DNA of 40,824 nucleotides. Origin: an uncultured Pelolinea sp. (lineage in GTDB: Bacteria; Chloroflexota; Anaerolineae; Anaerolineales; Anaerolineaceae). The stretch is taken from contig CAZDUN010000001.1 in assembly GCA_964508615.1 (NCBI GenBank), forward strand, positions 1 through 40,824, given 5' to 3'. Positions 28,357 through 37,561 of the stretch are shown here, piece after piece. Position 1 is the stretch's first letter. The number at the start of each line of letters is the position of its first letter. The position numbers and the translations under genes were made by a program. Below the pieces are notes generated by a model, which saw only the letters and a program-made list of their open reading frames with translations, did no database searches and was not told the DNA's origin.

Positions 28357-29940
28357 TTATTCCGTTTCAATTGAGATCATGCTCCAGTATTTCAAGCGCG
28401 GTAGAACCATGCTAAGCGCACCCCCGCTCCATTCGAATGGCACTGGCAGCAAGTGAATGGATGACTCATCCGGGCTGGCATAAAGGATGCGTCCTGGTTT
28501 TTTCTTCAGAGACAAGCGGATCTTGACCTGGTTGAGTGTTCGCGGCGTGGCGTGCGGCTTATCCCAACGGCGCTCCGCAAGCTGCGTGAAGTTAATCAGG
28601 TGCATGATCGTGCGGTTGCCCAAGATATTTGACAGGCACATGACGCCTTGCGGAATTTCCACTTGCCCTTCGGAAAACGTTGATCCGGTCGGCTTCAGCC
28701 ATTCGCGATAAGCCACCGCGAAATCGTACAATTTCCGCAAGCGTTTATATAGGGATGAGGAAATGGGCTGGTGCTTTGGAAAATACGGATCGCTTAGATA
28801 GCGCGCCTGCTCGCCGAGTTCGATGCGGGTAGCGCCGGATGCCAGAATAACAGCGCTGCTCAAGTGGATGTTGGCAATTCTGCGCGCGGGGACGTATAGC
28901 GCCAGTACCACGGGCTTGTTGCCGGATTGGTGCTGGGCGTTTTGGATGATGTCGACCAAATCCTGGTACCGGATCGCTGGCGGCCAGATTTCGATGTACA
29001 TGAAATCCTGGCGGGATTTGCACAGGGCTTCGATCGGCCAGTTTCCCACCGCGTTGAAGACCACGGTTTTTTCCGGATGATTTTCCTTGGCGCGGTTGAT
29101 AAAATCAACGAAAGCGGCGGGCAGGTCGACCGGCCTGCTGCTGGAATCATACGCGATCTTGGGATCGCCGTATTGGTCGATGTGCAGCCCATCGAAGGGC
29201 ATCTGTTCTAGCGTTTTTCTGCACTCCGTTAAAAGATGGTTCGCCCAGGGAGAATTCGAGGATGGGTTCATCAATCCCAAAAAGTCATGAAACAACAGGG
29301 CTTTTCCGGCCGGATCATACAAGCCCTGATCTTGATGCGCATTCCAATATACCATGGACGCGCCGTAAATTGCCAGGTAGGGCAGACAAGCCATACCGCG
29401 TTGATGGGCGTGCCCGATGAATTGCTTGATCACATCCAATGATAACTGCCTGCCTAAAACATCTTTATAGACGGACTGGTCCGGCATGAGTTGGTCGTGA
29501 CGGTAATGCCAATCGTAGAATTGCAATCCGTTGATATGGAATTTGAGCAATTCCTCGATGGCAGCCTGCGCGTTTTCGTGGTCTATCGGAAAATCGCATA
29601 AAAAGCCGTACCTGGGCTGCTCGTACCAGGCTTGGGCAATGTCGAAGGCGGTTTGCAGCCTGCGTCGGGAGATTCCCGGGACGAAAACATCGCAGGCAGC
29701 CAAAAAACCTGACCCTGGCGCAGTCTGGTGAGAATCCAAACAAACCGGCAGCTCGAACCGATCTGTTTCAGCGGGAAGCGGGAAAAAGCGGGAATGGATC
29801 GGGCTGCCCAGGTGATAAACCGTGAGCTGCGCGTATCCTTCAACCGGCAGGTCCTGCGAACTGACCAAATGAAACGCAACGTCACCGGCATCCGTGAAGA
29901 AGCTTTTGGCGGGGTAGAAATCAAAAGAGGTTGGTTTCAC
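28357..29940 (-). CDS. Glycoside hydrolase family 66 (dextranase/CITase-like), no signal peptide
   Basis: PRYGFL.DF, INGLQFYDWHYRH, FDGLHIDQYGD, YIEIW, ELGE..YFP motifs. GTG start. Confidence 0.82.
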   Translation of the reverse strand: MKPTSFDFYPAKSFFTDAGDVAFHLVSSQDLPVEGYAQLTVYHLGSPIHSRFFPLPAETDRFELPVCLDSHQTAPGSGFLAACDVFVPGISRRRLQTAFDIAQAWYEQPRYGFLCDFPIDHENAQAAIEELLKFHINGLQFYDWHYRHDQLMPDQSVYKDVLGRQLSLDVIKQFIGHAHQRGMACLPYLAIYGASMVYWNAHQDQGLYDPAGKALLFHDFLGLMNPSSNSPWANHLLTECRKTLEQMPFDGLHIDQYGDPKIAYDSSSRPVDLPAAFVDFINRAKENHPEKTVVFNAVGNWPIEALCKSRQDFMYIEIWPPAIRYQDLVDIIQNAQHQSGNKPVVLALYVPARRIANIHLSSAVILASGATRIELGEQARYLSDPYFPKHQPISSSLYKRLRKLYDFAVAYREWLKPTGSTFSEGQVEIPQGVMCLSNILGNRTIMHLINFTQLAERRWDKPHATPRTLNQVKIRLSLKKKPGRILYASPDESSIHLLPVPFEWSGGALSMVLPRLKYWSMISIETE

Positions 29941-29949
29941 GGGGAAGGA

Positions 29950-30792
29950 TCAGCCTTTCATGCCGGTGGTTGAAATACCCTGGATAAAATGTCTCTGAAA
30001 AATAATAAAAACGATCACGACCGGGACCAGCGCGATCAGCGAGGCGGCAAACACCTGCCCCCACTCGGTCAGATGCTGGGTTTGGAAGAGCGCGATCGCG
30101 ATCGGCAGGGTGCGCTTGGAAGTCTCTTTGATGGCCACGTGCGCCCAGGGGAACTCATCCCAGCTATACAGGAAAGTAAAGATGGTGACCACCGAAAGCC
30201 CGGATTTGGAGAGCGGCAGGATTAACTTGGTAAAGATGATCCATTGGCTGGCGCCATCGATCAAAGCGGCTTCTTCCATTTCGCGCGGCAGATCTTCAAA
30301 AAAGTTGCGCAGGAGATACGTTTGGGTGGAGAGGTTCATGCTGATATACACCGTGATCAGACCTGCCAACGAATCGAACAAACCCAGCTGCTTGGTGATG
30401 ATGAACTGGGGAATGATCAGCATGACCGGCGGGATCATCATGCCGATCAGGAATATCGAAAACAGGACCTCTTTACCCGGAAATTTGATGCGCGCGAACA
30501 CATAAGCCAGCATGGATGAGACCAGCACGGTGAGACCAGTACTCATGGTGGCCACGAATAGACTGTTCCAAAAATATAATCCGAAAGTGTTCTTGCTGAT
30601 CGCTTCCCGATAATTTTTTAGGGTTACTTCCTGCGGCCAAAGGCGCGGTGGGAGTTCGAAAATGTAGGATTGGGGTTTGAGAGAGGTGATGACCATGTAC
30701 CAGAATGGCAGCACCACTACGATTAAACCAAGGATCAGGGCTGAATATGTGAAGATTTTTTTAAGCGATTGCTGTCTGCTTTGGCTTTTCAT
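29950..30792 (-). CDS. Carbohydrate ABC transporter permease (MalG-like)
   Basis: Multi-TM; EEAALIDGA EAA loop; FQRHFIQGISTTGMKG end. Confidence 0.93.
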   Translation of the reverse strand: MKSQSRQQSLKKIFTYSALILGLIVVVLPFWYMVITSLKPQSYIFELPPRLWPQEVTLKNYREAISKNTFGLYFWNSLFVATMSTGLTVLVSSMLAYVFARIKFPGKEVLFSIFLIGMMIPPVMLIIPQFIITKQLGLFDSLAGLITVYISMNLSTQTYLLRNFFEDLPREMEEAALIDGASQWIIFTKLILPLSKSGLSVVTIFTFLYSWDEFPWAHVAIKETSKRTLPIAIALFQTQHLTEWGQVFAASLIALVPVVIVFIIFQRHFIQGISTTGMKG

Positions 30793-31682
30793 CAATACTC
30801 CACGCGTTTTTTCAGCAGCCTGATCTGGATAATGCTGATGGCAAACACAAAGACCGTCAACAAATAGCTGATCGCGGAACCCCTGCCGAAATCCAGGCTG
30901 GAAAAAGTGGCTTCGTACATCAACGTCAATACAAAATGGGTCATATCCAGCGGGTCTCCGCCATTGGTGATCAACAAGTTGGAAATGTATGCATTCATCG
31001 CCCCAATGGTCAACACCACTAATAAAAAGACAGTGGTCGGCCTGAGCAGCGGGAGGGTAACATAGTGGAACTTGTGCCAGATGTTGGCTCCATCCACATC
31101 GGCAGCTTCATAAAGATGCGCGGGAATGGTTTGCAGCCCCGCCAGGAAAATCACGGCGGTCCAACCGATGCCTTTCCAAATGCCCAGCAGGTGAATGGGG
31201 ACGAAGGCTAGAACCGGATCAGCCAGCCACAGGATGTTCTTGGGGATGAGGTGCAATATATCTTTTAATAAATAATTGACCAGCCCGGCCTGGCCGCTGA
31301 ACATGTATTCGAACAGCAAACTGACGATCACCCAAGATGTGATGACTGGCAGGTAATACATCAAGCGAAAAAAAGCCTTACCGCGGATATCCTGGTTCAA
31401 CAGCAGAGCGATGATCAATCCGATGGCCATCTGACCCGGCACTGTGACCAAGCCGTAAACGAGCGTATTGACCACCGCGTGTTGAAAAATGGAATTACGA
31501 ATGATTTCCAGATAATTGCCAAGGCCGACCCAGGCTGAGTTTTCCGGATGGACAATATTCCAATCGTAGAAGCTGATTCGAAAGGAATATGCCATCGGTC
31601 CAATAATGAAGATGGAAAATAAGAGAAAGCCGGGAAGCAGAAATAATGCGGTAAATAAATAATTGCGGGTTTTTTGTGTCAT
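30792..31682 (-). CDS. Carbohydrate ABC transporter permease (MalF-like)
   Basis: WVGLGNY, LAGLQTIP..LYEAADVDGA. Start taken at MTQKTR (31682), not at the longer overlapping ORF start. Confidence 0.92.
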   Translation of the reverse strand: MTQKTRNYLFTALFLLPGFLLFSIFIIGPMAYSFRISFYDWNIVHPENSAWVGLGNYLEIIRNSIFQHAVVNTLVYGLVTVPGQMAIGLIIALLLNQDIRGKAFFRLMYYLPVITSWVIVSLLFEYMFSGQAGLVNYLLKDILHLIPKNILWLADPVLAFVPIHLLGIWKGIGWTAVIFLAGLQTIPAHLYEAADVDGANIWHKFHYVTLPLLRPTTVFLLVVLTIGAMNAYISNLLITNGGDPLDMTHFVLTLMYEATFSSLDFGRGSAISYLLTVFVFAISIIQIRLLKKRVEY

Positions 31683-31695
31683 GAGCCTGGTCGGG

Positions 31696-31725
31696 GATTC
31701 CCGGAGGATCGCTCCCCCGGGAATC
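31696..31725 (-). other. Intercistronic stem-loop after the solute-binding protein gene
   Basis: GATTCCCGG/CCGGGAATC inverted repeat without a U tract, typical of an mRNA-stabilising/attenuating hairpin in sugar ABC operons. Confidence 0.55.
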
Positions 31726-31741
31726 TGAATTTGTTTTATGA

Positions 31742-33052
31742 TTATTGTAGCAGGGCGTTGATCTCTTTCGCTGCCTGATCCAGGGCTGCTTGCACGGTTT
31801 GGTCGCCGCGCAGCATGCGCTGGAAAGCGTTGTTGATGGCGTTGTCCATATCCGACCACTTTGGATGCGGGACGCGCGCCTGGGCGGTTTCCAGTTGTTC
31901 CATGAAAATACCGAAGTATGCGGGCAATTCTGTACTGCCGGTCAGGCTGGAAAGCACGGGCATGACGCCGACCTGGCCCATCATGATCTGGGCTTCCTCG
32001 CTCAACAGGTAAGCGGTCCATTTTAGAGCCGCATCAGCGTTTTCGGTGTCCGCGAAGACCACCACATCCTCACCACCAACGACCGAACTGGTCGTTCCGT
32101 CGGTTCCGGTTGGGATGAGCGCGAAATTGACTTCGAAATCGGGATAGCTACTTTTATAGATGTCCACCATCCAGGGGCCGTCGATGATCATGGCATACTT
32201 GCCGCTGCCATGCCCGTCGGAGGTGCCAATGCCGCCGCCCAACAGGTTGGGGGAGATGCAGCCGTTGTTGTACATGTCCACCAACATAGTGAATGCTGCC
32301 ACGCTGGCTTCAGAATTGACATAACCACTGGCGGTGCTGAAATCATCCGCCACGACCTTGCCGCCCATGGTGTAGAAAACCGGCGCGGGCGCCCAAAAAT
32401 AGGTGCCACCCAACGCGTAACCATAGATTTCGTTTGCGGAGTCGGATAACTGGCAAGCGACGGATGCGAATTCTTCCATGGTGGCCGGAGCAGCTTCGAG
32501 ACCGGCGGCCGCGAACATTTCCTTATTCCACAGCAGAACCTGGGTATTGGTGTCCTGCGGTAGGCCGTAGTAGTGGCCATCCCAATAGTTGGTAGATAAG
32601 GGGCCGGCGAAGGTGGAAGCGGCGATAGCGTCGAAATCGGGCATGACGCCATCCAATTGCATAAGCGCGCCTTCGTTGGCGAACTCCGGCACCCAGGCAA
32701 TGTCCAGGCGGGCGGTATCGGGCGCTTCGCCGCCTGCAATGGAAGTCAGCAGGGCAGCCTTGAAATCATCGTAAGCGTAATCGGTGGCTTCCACAGTGGT
32801 TCCGGGATTGTCGGCCTCGAAAGCGGCGATGACCAATTCAAGCTGGGCAGCTTCCGCATCGGACATGGTGTGCCAGTAGCTGATGGTCACGGGAGCGGCT
32901 TGCTCGCTGGTGGTTTCTTCCACAGGCGCCGCTTCGGCCGGCGCTTCTTCCGCAGCGGGAGCTGCTTTTTCAGCCGGCGTACAGGCTGCCGCAAATACCA
33001 GCGCGACCAGCATCAGGCTGGCCAGGGCGGTTAATAGAAATTTCTTTTTCAT
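31742..33052 (-). CDS. Sugar ABC transporter solute-binding lipoprotein
   Basis: Lipobox AAAC, Ala/Pro/Glu linker, YWHTM, APD, YGLPQDTN, IIDGPW; AGGAG RBS. Confidence 0.93.
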   Translation of the reverse strand: MKKKFLLTALASLMLVALVFAAACTPAEKAAPAAEEAPAEAAPVEETTSEQAAPVTISYWHTMSDAEAAQLELVIAAFEADNPGTTVEATDYAYDDFKAALLTSIAGGEAPDTARLDIAWVPEFANEGALMQLDGVMPDFDAIAASTFAGPLSTNYWDGHYYGLPQDTNTQVLLWNKEMFAAAGLEAAPATMEEFASVACQLSDSANEIYGYALGGTYFWAPAPVFYTMGGKVVADDFSTASGYVNSEASVAAFTMLVDMYNNGCISPNLLGGGIGTSDGHGSGKYAMIIDGPWMVDIYKSSYPDFEVNFALIPTGTDGTTSSVVGGEDVVVFADTENADAALKWTAYLLSEEAQIMMGQVGVMPVLSSLTGSTELPAYFGIFMEQLETAQARVPHPKWSDMDNAINNAFQRMLRGDQTVQAALDQAAKEINALLQ

Positions 33053-33141
33053 TTTATTCTCCTTTACAAATCGTTTCGAAATTTATTCTGGAACTCGATT
33101 GTTGTTTTTAGGTAATCCGTGCACCTCCTGAAAATTGCCCA

Positions 33142-33166
33142 ACTTAATTTAGTTACTAAAATAACT
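33142..33166. promoter_or_regulatory. Possible ROK-type operator upstream of the SBP gene
   Basis: ACTTAATTTAGTTACTAAAATAACT, a 25-bp imperfect AT-rich palindrome. Confidence 0.4.
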
Positions 33167-33187
33167 TACCTAAAAATTTTTGGGTCC

Positions 33188-34369
33188 TTATTTATTTACT
33201 TGTAACGGCGATTTGAACAATTCTTGCAAGACCAGGCTGGCTGCACCGCGCGCCCAAGCGAAGTCTTCCCATTTGTCGATCTGGATTTCGGTCTCGTTGC
33301 CAAGACCTTCCAACGTGTGGGCTTTGACTGCGGCGCGCATGGGCTGGAATAACAGGTCACCGGAACGCACGCCCTCGCCGCTGAGGATGATCAATTGCGG
33401 GTTGAAAAGGTTGATCAAATTAGCGATTCCCTGGCCAAGCTTGCGGCCGGCATCGGCAAAGATCGCGCGGATATCCTCCTGCCCGGTATTGGCTAATTGA
33501 ATGACATCTTCGATATTTGTCATTGGTTGCGACAGAATCTGGCTTGCAGACCGCAGCAGCGCCGGATCGGCTACAAACGTTTCCAGGCAGCCGTGTTTTC
33601 CGCAGTCGCAGGCAGGGCCTTTGTCATCGCAGACGGTATGCCCGAATTCTCCCGCGCCGCCCTGATGGCCGTGATAGATGTGCCCATTCACCACAATACC
33701 CAGGCCGACGCCACGGCCAACCGTGACGACCAGGAAATTATCGATTCCGCGGCCGGCCCCGAATAACTGCTCCGTGATGGTCAGTGTGTTGACGTCGTTA
33801 TCCAGGTACACCGGCACGTGCAGCTCATCTTTCAGGATCTTTCCAAGCGGCAAATTGCGCCATCCGAAAAAAGGAGAATAGCGCAATATCCCTTCCTGAA
33901 TGTTGATGATGCCGGCCAACCCCAGACCAACGCCCAATAATTTCGATGGATTGATTTGTTGGACTGTGATGATCGACTGTACCAGATCGACGATCGTATG
34001 GAGGATCACCTGCGGGTCGCGGCTGTCGATTTCCACGCTTTGATTCAGGATGACCGTGGCCTCCAGGTCCGTCAGCGTGGCACTGATCTGCTTTTCAGCC
34101 AGCTTGATGCCGATCACGCAGCCGCCATGCGGGTTGAGCGCCAGCCGCACCGGCTTTCGTCCGCCGCTGGAATCGCCGGATTCTTTTTCGAATACCAGGC
34201 TGCTTTGGATGAGATTGGCGGAAATATTCGAGATCGAGGCGGGGCTGAGCCCGGTCAGGTGAGCCAGGTCGGTGCGCGAAACCGGCCCATAATTTTTAAT
34301 GGCATTCAACACAATGGAGCGGTTGATGGCCCGGATGAGGTTGCGATCGGCGCTGAATTGGTTCTTCAT
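33188..34369 (-). CDS. ROK family transcriptional repressor (XylR/NagC-like)
   Basis: wHTH (SRTDLAHLTGLSPAS), GGRKP, DNDVN, GAGEFGH, CDCGKHGCLE zinc motif. Confidence 0.95.
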   Translation of the reverse strand: MKNQFSADRNLIRAINRSIVLNAIKNYGPVSRTDLAHLTGLSPASISNISANLIQSSLVFEKESGDSSGGRKPVRLALNPHGGCVIGIKLAEKQISATLTDLEATVILNQSVEIDSRDPQVILHTIVDLVQSIITVQQINPSKLLGVGLGLAGIINIQEGILRYSPFFGWRNLPLGKILKDELHVPVYLDNDVNTLTITEQLFGAGRGIDNFLVVTVGRGVGLGIVVNGHIYHGHQGGAGEFGHTVCDDKGPACDCGKHGCLETFVADPALLRSASQILSQPMTNIEDVIQLANTGQEDIRAIFADAGRKLGQGIANLINLFNPQLIILSGEGVRSGDLLFQPMRAAVKAHTLEGLGNETEIQIDKWEDFAWARGAASLVLQELFKSPLQVNK

Positions 34370-34373
34370 CAGA

Positions 34374-34425
34374 TACTTTATTCACTGAATAAAGTAAGTA
34401 TATCTATTTCTGAATTGCTTGTCAA
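34374..34425 (-). promoter_or_regulatory. Promoter of ROK gene with perfect palindromic operator
   Basis: Minus strand: TTGACA (34425-34420), 17 nt, TATACT (34402-34397). Perfect palindrome TACTTTATTCA-C-TGAATAAAGTA at 34374-34396. Confidence 0.75.
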
Positions 34426-34446
34426 GTTAATAGTGAACGATGAATC

Positions 34447-35058
34447 TCAATCCGCCGGCTTCAAGCCTATGCCCTCCAAGGTGAAGACCTTTCCTTCGAA
34501 ATCGGCAAAGGTCAGGTTGTCGATGGTCAACGAAAATGCCTCATTCAGTGTATTGAAGATGGACAGGTAACTGAGTTTGCTGCGCGCTTCCCAATCCAAC
34601 CCCAGCTGCAGTGCCGCCGCCTGAATGCTTTCCGTGCTTGGCCCTTCGATCTCGCAGAAATTACCGAAAGGCATTTCATCCAGCGACACCTCCACCTCGC
34701 CCAATTGGTATGCGGTGCGATATTTTTCGTAGGATACGATCACCTGGTAGCCCAGCGCTTCCAGGATTTCCCGCGCGGTTTGCAGGTCGCTGACCTCCAC
34801 CTCGATCTCCGCGCGGCTGCTGACCGGGCTGAGCGGGTCAGCCGCGCCTTTGTAGGTCAGACGGGCTTTGCGGTCCTGGCGCAAGCGTAGTACCTGGAAG
34901 GATGACGATAAGCGCCGCTCGGGCGTGTCGAAACGCAGGTTGAGTTCATACGTGCGTGGCTGGGTCAACTGTGCGCCCAGGGCTTTCAGGCGTTCTTCCA
35001 GACGCCGTGGATCGCGCAGCCAAAACTTGGCTTCCTGTTCCTGTTTATTCCCGCCCAT
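34447..35058 (-). CDS. CYTH domain protein (class IV adenylate cyclase-like)
   Basis: EQEAK (ExExK), LRLRQ, LTYKG, YEKYR, FCEIEG; AGGAGG RBS before ATG 35058. Confidence 0.88.
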   Translation of the reverse strand: MGGNKQEQEAKFWLRDPRRLEERLKALGAQLTQPRTYELNLRFDTPERRLSSSFQVLRLRQDRKARLTYKGAADPLSPVSSRAEIEVEVSDLQTAREILEALGYQVIVSYEKYRTAYQLGEVEVSLDEMPFGNFCEIEGPSTESIQAAALQLGLDWEARSKLSYLSIFNTLNEAFSLTIDNLTFADFEGKVFTLEGIGLKPAD

Positions 35059-35503
35059 GATTTTCCTCCTTGGAAAAATCCTTGTTCCTGACCAGTATAA
35101 AAACAACAAGCAGGGTTAATAGGCTGATGATGGTCAGCATAAAAACCTGGTCGAAAAATGCTTCACGTGTGCCCAGGAAAATGTGGTCGCACCACAGCCA
35201 AAGCAGGAAAAGGATGCCTGATATGCGTGTGTAGAGCGGTGCAAACCGCAGCCGCAAGGCAGCGAAAAGCGCCCCCAAGCTGAAGCTCAACCCAATACCC
35301 GCTCCGCTCAACAGGATGTAGAGCGGGCTCGGCCAAATTTTCAGATCCAACAGATATGCCCAATAAACCAGCGTTTCCCGTAAACGCAGCCAGCCAGCCA
35401 GTGCGTAGGCACACAGGCAGATGACCGCGGTGATGCGCCGCCATTTTGCCCTGCGCGCCGATTTTTCGCCTTCTGGATTAAATCCTTGCGTTGTGGATTT
35501 CAT
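35045..35503 (-). CDS. Hypothetical membrane protein (about 4 TM)
   Basis: Four hydrophobic segments; overlaps the start of the CYTH gene. Confidence 0.7.
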   Translation of the reverse strand: MKSTTQGFNPEGEKSARRAKWRRITAVICLCAYALAGWLRLRETLVYWAYLLDLKIWPSPLYILLSGAGIGLSFSLGALFAALRLRFAPLYTRISGILFLLWLWCDHIFLGTREAFFDQVFMLTIISLLTLLVVFILVRNKDFSKEENHGRE

Positions 35504-35635
35504 TAACCTGGCCTGATTATAGCATCCGGGAAATATCTTTCCGGACGCTAGGGTTGTTCCAGAATCTTGCGCCCTGCTTCTTTATCCGCTATACTGGCTA
35601 CGGTACAACGAAAATTCCCTGCCAAGGTGAGGCGT

Positions 35636-35965
35636 ATGACTGAAAAAGAACAAGCCATTTCCCCCGAGATGTTCGATCATCTTGTAAAACTGGCCGCGCT
35701 GGAATTGGGCGAAGCGGAGGCGGAATACCTGCGTTGTGAACTCAATAAACAACTTTCCGCCATCCGTGAATTGGAGGCCATTCAGCTCGACCCCGAGCTT
35801 CCGCTGGCTGCGCACGGCGTTCCCTATAACGCCCATAACAGCCCCGGCTTGCGCGCCGATGAGTGGCAGGCCTGCCCGCATGTCAAAGAAATCACCGCCC
35901 AGGCACCGCAGTTTGAAGATGGCTACATGATCGTGCCGGATATTCCCCACACTACGCTGGAGTGA
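35636..35965 (+). CDS. gatC: Asp/Glu-tRNA amidotransferase subunit C
   Basis: HLVKLAALEL...LRADE...AP..EDGYMIVP; immediately upstream of gatA. Confidence 0.88.
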   Translation: MTEKEQAISPEMFDHLVKLAALELGEAEAEYLRCELNKQLSAIRELEAIQLDPELPLAAHGVPYNAHNSPGLRADEWQACPHVKEITAQAPQFEDGYMIVPDIPHTTLE

Positions 35966-35967
35966 AC

Positions 35968-37557
35968 ATGGAATTATGCGACCTTTCCGCGCTTGAAATC
36001 CGCGATTCAATAAAAGGGAAAAAAGTCTCCGCACGGGAGGTACTGGAAGCCTGCCTGGCGCGCATCGATGCTGTCGATGGCCGCCCGGGCGCGCTGGATG
36101 CTGGTCCTGAAACCGAAGCGGATCTGCAGCGCGTGCATGCATTCATCACCCGCACCACCGAGACAGCACGCGCGCAAGCCAGGGCAATTGACCAGCGCAT
36201 TGCCGCGGGGGAAGACCCCGGCTTGCTGGCGGGCATCCCCATCACTGTTAAAGACATTTTTTGCGTGAAGGGCACGCCCTCCACGGCTGCCTCGCGCATC
36301 CTGGCGAACTTTACCGCGCCCTATACGGCCACTCCGGTGGAACGCATGTTTTCCGCCGGCGCGCTGATGCTGGGCAAGGTCAACCTGGATGAATTCACGT
36401 ACGGTTCATCCAATGAATCCTCGGCTTTCCAGCCCTCACCGCGCAATCCCTGGAACACCGCGCGCGTGCCGGGCGGTTCCTCGGGCGGCAGCGCGGCTTC
36501 GGTGGCGGCCGGCGAAGCCTATCTCTCGCTGGGCACCGATACAGCCGGTTCCATCCGCCAGCCGGCGGCTTTCTGCGGCGTGGTGGGGCTCAAACCCACC
36601 TACGGGCGTGTCTCACGCTACGGCCTGATCGCCTTCGGCTCCTCGCTGGATTGCCCCGGCCCGCTGGCGCGCAGCGCCGCGGACGCGGCCTTAATGCTGC
36701 AGGCCATCGCCGGCCCCGACCCGCGCGATGCCACCGCAGCAGTGGTGGACGTTCCCGACTATTTGGCCGCGTTGGGGAAAGATATTAGAGGCATGCGCAT
36801 CGGGCTTTCGCCCGATTATTTCCAGATCACTTTCCCGCAAGCCGGCGGGGAGTACTCGCAGCAACCGGTGCCGGAGGAAATGCGCGCGGCAGTGTTGCGC
36901 GCGGCCGAGCTTTACCGCGCCCTGGGCGCCGAGATCATCGAGGACGTGCCCATGCCCAACACGCGTTATGGCATCCCGGTCTATTTTGTCATCAGCCGCG
37001 TGGAGGCGGCTTCCAACCTGCACCGTTATGACGGCGTGAAATATGGCTATCGCACCCAGCAGACAGTGTGGGAATTACAGGACCTATACCGCAAGTCGCG
37101 CGGCGAGGGTTTCGGCTTGCAGCCCAAGCTGCGCATCCTGATGGGTATGTACGTCAGCGCCGCTCAATACAGCGAGCAATATTATCGCCGGGCGTTGCGC
37201 GTGCGCACGCTGATCCGCCGTGATTTTGAGGAGGCTTTTGACCCGCACGGCAAGTACCGCCTGGACGCCCTGCTGACCCCAACCACGCCCACCAGCGCTT
37301 TCCCGATCAAGGATGTGTATGGTGATTCGGTGCTGATGCAATATGCCGACCAGCTGACCGTGCCGGCCAACCATGCCGGCGTACCGGGCATTTCCTTTCC
37401 CGGCGGGCTGGATCAGGACGGCTTGCCGATTGGCCTGCAGCTGCTGGGGCCGGATTTCTCCGAAGCGTCTCTGCTGCAATTGGCGCACGCCTACGAGCAG
37501 GCCAGTGCGAAAGCGGACTGGCGCGCCAAACGCCCCGCGGTTCTGGAGATAAAATAA
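35968..37557 (+). CDS. gatA: Asp/Glu-tRNA amidotransferase subunit A
   Basis: Amidase signature: VKD, GKVNLDEF, PGGSSGGS, GTDTAGSIRQPA, KPTYGRVSRYG. Confidence 0.95.
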   Translation: MELCDLSALEIRDSIKGKKVSAREVLEACLARIDAVDGRPGALDAGPETEADLQRVHAFITRTTETARAQARAIDQRIAAGEDPGLLAGIPITVKDIFCVKGTPSTAASRILANFTAPYTATPVERMFSAGALMLGKVNLDEFTYGSSNESSAFQPSPRNPWNTARVPGGSSGGSAASVAAGEAYLSLGTDTAGSIRQPAAFCGVVGLKPTYGRVSRYGLIAFGSSLDCPGPLARSAADAALMLQAIAGPDPRDATAAVVDVPDYLAALGKDIRGMRIGLSPDYFQITFPQAGGEYSQQPVPEEMRAAVLRAAELYRALGAEIIEDVPMPNTRYGIPVYFVISRVEAASNLHRYDGVKYGYRTQQTVWELQDLYRKSRGEGFGLQPKLRILMGMYVSAAQYSEQYYRRALRVRTLIRRDFEEAFDPHGKYRLDALLTPTTPTSAFPIKDVYGDSVLMQYADQLTVPANHAGVPGISFPGGLDQDGLPIGLQLLGPDFSEASLLQLAHAYEQASAKADWRAKRPAVLEIK

Positions 37558-37561
37558 CCAT

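Noticed and set aside
31683-32021. N-terminal extension of the 409-aa permease ORF
   Set aside because: Overlaps the SBP gene in another frame and is not permease-like. The true start is most likely 31682.
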